From: an uncultured Eubacteriales bacterium
GTDB lineage: Bacteria > Bacillota > Clostridia > Lachnospirales > CAZQDT01
Length of the DNA: 64,000 nt
Reading direction: 5' to 3'
NCBI GenBank assembly: GCA_964592005.1
Contig: CAZQDT010000001.1
Coordinates: 602-64,601, forward strand
Positions 61,996 through 64,000 of this stretch are shown here, piece after piece; the stretch's first letter is position 1, and every line of letters begins with the position of its first letter. The position numbers and the translations under genes are program-made. The notes beneath the pieces are model-generated. The model was not told the DNA's origin. It searched no databases and worked only from the letters and a program-made list of their open reading frames with translations.

Positions 61996-62571
61996 ATGAA
62001 TACTCCTGTGAATAATGAGAGTAAAATAATTGATAAGATAATTGCAGATGCAAATGCTAAGAAAGATGAAATTTTAGCACAAGCAAATGAAGAAGTAAAT
62101 GCAAAGATAGAAGAAGCTAAAGTTAAAGCACAGAAAGAAACTAATGCAGCTATGGAAATAGCTAAAGTTGAAGCAGAAAAGGCTAAAGCTAAAGAAATTT
62201 CCGGTGCTGATATGCAGGCTAAGAAGAAAATTCTTACTAAAAAACAGGAATTGATTGAGCAGACAATACAAAAAGCAAAAGAAAAATTATTATCATTGAA
62301 TGAAGCAGAAAATGAAAAGACTGTACTTTCAATGCTTTCTAAAGTAGGAGTAAATAGCACAACAGAAGTGGTATTATCTTCAAAAGCTAAAGAAAGTTTG
62401 AAGACAGCAATAAAAAAAGCAGGATATAAAATTTCGACTGAAACAAGAGATATTTCAGGTGGATTTATTCTTAAAGACGGTGATATAGAATATAATTATT
62501 CTTTTGAATCTATGATTATTGTAGAAAGAGAACAATTAGAACAGACAGCAGCAAAAATATTATTTAGTTAA
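61996..62571 (+). CDS. ntpE: V-type ATPase subunit E
   Basis: ATG at 61996 behind GAGGAAGGAG. Lys/Glu/Ala-rich N-terminal helix plus a globular C-terminus. Sits at the operon position of NtpE. Confidence 0.75.
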   Translation: MNTPVNNESKIIDKIIADANAKKDEILAQANEEVNAKIEEAKVKAQKETNAAMEIAKVEAEKAKAKEISGADMQAKKKILTKKQELIEQTIQKAKEKLLSLNEAENEKTVLSMLSKVGVNSTTEVVLSSKAKESLKTAIKKAGYKISTETRDISGGFILKDGDIEYNYSFESMIIVEREQLEQTAAKILFS

Positions 62572-62583
62572 GGGGGCAGAAAG

Positions 62584-63561
62584 ATGGCTGAAAAGACATA
62601 TAATTATGCCGTTGCCCGTATAAGGGTGCTTGAGAAAAATCTCCTTAATAAACAGACATTAAATAATATGGCAGAAGCAAAATCTGCTGAGGAAGCTTTA
62701 AAAGTTTTGATTGATGCCGGATATGGTGATGCTACTGAACAAATAAATGTACATGATTATGAAACTTTACTTTCAAAAGAAGTAGAAAAAACATATGCAC
62801 TTATGAAAGAGTTAGCACCTGATGAAGATATGTTTAATGTATTTTTATATAAAAATGATTATCAAAATTTGAAAGTTTTGGTAAAACAGGAAGTTTCAGG
62901 AGTAAATGGAGAGGCTTATCTTGTAGATGGTGGAACTATTAGTTTGTCAAAGATTAAAGATAGCTTACTTGACAGAAGATTTAATGAACTTCCTGAAATA
63001 ATGGGCAAGGCAGCAGAAGAAGCTTTAGTGGCTTATGGAAAAACTCAAAATGGTCAAATCATAGATATTATATTGGATAAAGCTACATATGAAAATATGA
63101 GTGATACAGCAAGAAAAAGTAAAAATTCTTTTGTAATACAACTTGTAGAAACTATGTGTGATTTGGCAAATATAAAGACTCTTATGAGAGTTCGTGCCAT
63201 GAAAAAAGGTTATGAGGTATTTGAAACTGCTTTTTTGCCGGGCGGAAGTATCAGAAAGGATATGTTTGCAGATGCTTTTAAATCGGATACACCAGCAGCA
63301 GTATTCTATACAACACGTTATGGAAATATATGTGAACAGGGATTTGCAGGAAGCTTTACAGAATTTGAAAGACTTTGCGATAATTTCCTTATAGAATATA
63401 TAAAGCAGGCAAAATATATTCATTTGACAATAGAGCCACTGATAGCTTATCTTTTTGCAAGAGAAGCTGAAATAAAAATGGCAAGAATTATTATGACAAG
63501 TAAACTTAACGGTATAAGTACAGAGAAAATTAAAGAAAGGCTGAGGGAGTCTTATGTATAA
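62584..63561 (+). CDS. ntpC: V-type ATPase subunit C (d-type)
   Basis: 325 aa. YNYAVARIRVLE N-terminus typical of the V0 d/C subunit. Confidence 0.8.
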   Translation: MAEKTYNYAVARIRVLEKNLLNKQTLNNMAEAKSAEEALKVLIDAGYGDATEQINVHDYETLLSKEVEKTYALMKELAPDEDMFNVFLYKNDYQNLKVLVKQEVSGVNGEAYLVDGGTISLSKIKDSLLDRRFNELPEIMGKAAEEALVAYGKTQNGQIIDIILDKATYENMSDTARKSKNSFVIQLVETMCDLANIKTLMRVRAMKKGYEVFETAFLPGGSIRKDMFADAFKSDTPAAVFYTTRYGNICEQGFAGSFTEFERLCDNFLIEYIKQAKYIHLTIEPLIAYLFAREAEIKMARIIMTSKLNGISTEKIKERLRESYV

Positions 63562-63871
63562 GGTAGGAGTTATAGGAGATCAGGACAGTGTATTAGGTTT
63601 TATGGCTCTTGGTATAGATATATTCCCTGCACATGACAGTGATACAATAAGACAGACCATAAATAAATTGGCAGCAGAGGAATATGCCATAATCTATATT
63701 ACAGAGCAGGCTTCTTTAATGGCAAAAGAAACAATAAGCAGATATAAAGATCAAAATTTGCCAGCAATAATTGTTATTCCGGGTATACAGGGAAGTATGG
63801 GTATAGGAATGACTGAGATAAGAGAATCGGCAAAACGTGCCATTGGTGCAGATATACTTTTTAATAATTAA
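63554..63871 (+). CDS. ntpG: V-type ATPase subunit F
   Basis: 105 aa. MYKVGVIGDQDSVLGFMALGI N-terminus typical of subunit F. Overlaps ntpC by 8 nt. Confidence 0.8.
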   Translation: MYKVGVIGDQDSVLGFMALGIDIFPAHDSDTIRQTINKLAAEEYAIIYITEQASLMAKETISRYKDQNLPAIIVIPGIQGSMGIGMTEIRESAKRAIGADILFNN

Positions 63872-63936
63872 CAGAAAGGAGGAGTCAGCTCCTCCGCTAA
63901 CTTAAAAGTTGGTGGTTTCCGCTGACAGAGAATTTT

Positions 63937-64000
63937 ATGAAAAAAGGTACAATAGTTAAAGTTTCCGGACCGCTTGTTGTTGCGGAAGGAATGAGAGATG
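63937..64000 (+). CDS. ntpA: V-type ATPase catalytic subunit A, 5' end only (runs off the window)
   Basis: Hand translation gives MKKGTIVKVSGPLVVAEGMRD, the canonical A-subunit N-terminus. Confidence 0.8.
   Translation, partial: MKKGTIVKVSGPLVVAEGMRD

Overview
This is a 64-kb chromosomal segment from a low-GC, Firmicutes/Clostridia-type genome. The GC level is judged by eye and the taxon is inferred from gene content and AT-rich codon usage. No similarity search was run, so all calls rest on motif recognition, ORF context, RBS/promoter/terminator signals and repeats read directly in the sequence. About 55 protein genes are supported. I saw no rRNA, tRNA or CRISPR array.

Layout:
- 1-17 kb is an efflux and signalling accessory block. 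It holds a marR + RND adaptor + RND pump operon, a marR + heterodimeric ABC exporter operon, a chemoreceptor gene, and an OmpR/HK two-component operon with uncharacterised membrane partners.
- 17-28 kb holds an Rpn/YhgA-like nuclease with scrambled copies of its own 3' end, a 1916-aa modular surface protein and a 1243-aa PL1 pectate lyase.
- 28.3-28.6 kb is an unannotated small-toxin locus.
- 28.7-32.3 kb is a second, paralogous heterodimeric ABC exporter operon.
- 32.6-58 kb is mostly housekeeping and transport: putP, two CNNM/CorC genes, a DUF815-type ATPase, a PLP decarboxylase, pgi, gatCAB, xylulokinase, MATE, MocR, rubrerythrin, rhaA, AraC, potABCD and a gltD-like oxidoreductase.
- 59.2-64 kb is the start of a V-type ATPase (ntp) operon.

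Most interesting non-catalogue signals:
1. A 13-G homopolymer forms most of the spacer of the chemoreceptor promoter, making it a candidate slipped-strand phase switch.
2. A 38-aa Hol-Tox-like peptide gene lies below the ORF-track cutoff. It has an SD-sequestering leader and a convergent antisense sRNA with its own promoter and terminator, which suggests a type I toxin-antitoxin.
3. A 46-nt palindrome-bearing element (39/46 identical) sits upstream of both paralogous ABC exporter operons in the same orientation.
4. The Rpn nuclease is followed by a stand-alone copy of its C-terminal tail.
5. A four-gene TCS operon and a nearby stand-alone gene encode paralogous small membrane proteins.
6. Two tandem 89-aa paralogs have no recognisable family.

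None of these is proven. Each entry lists a decisive test.
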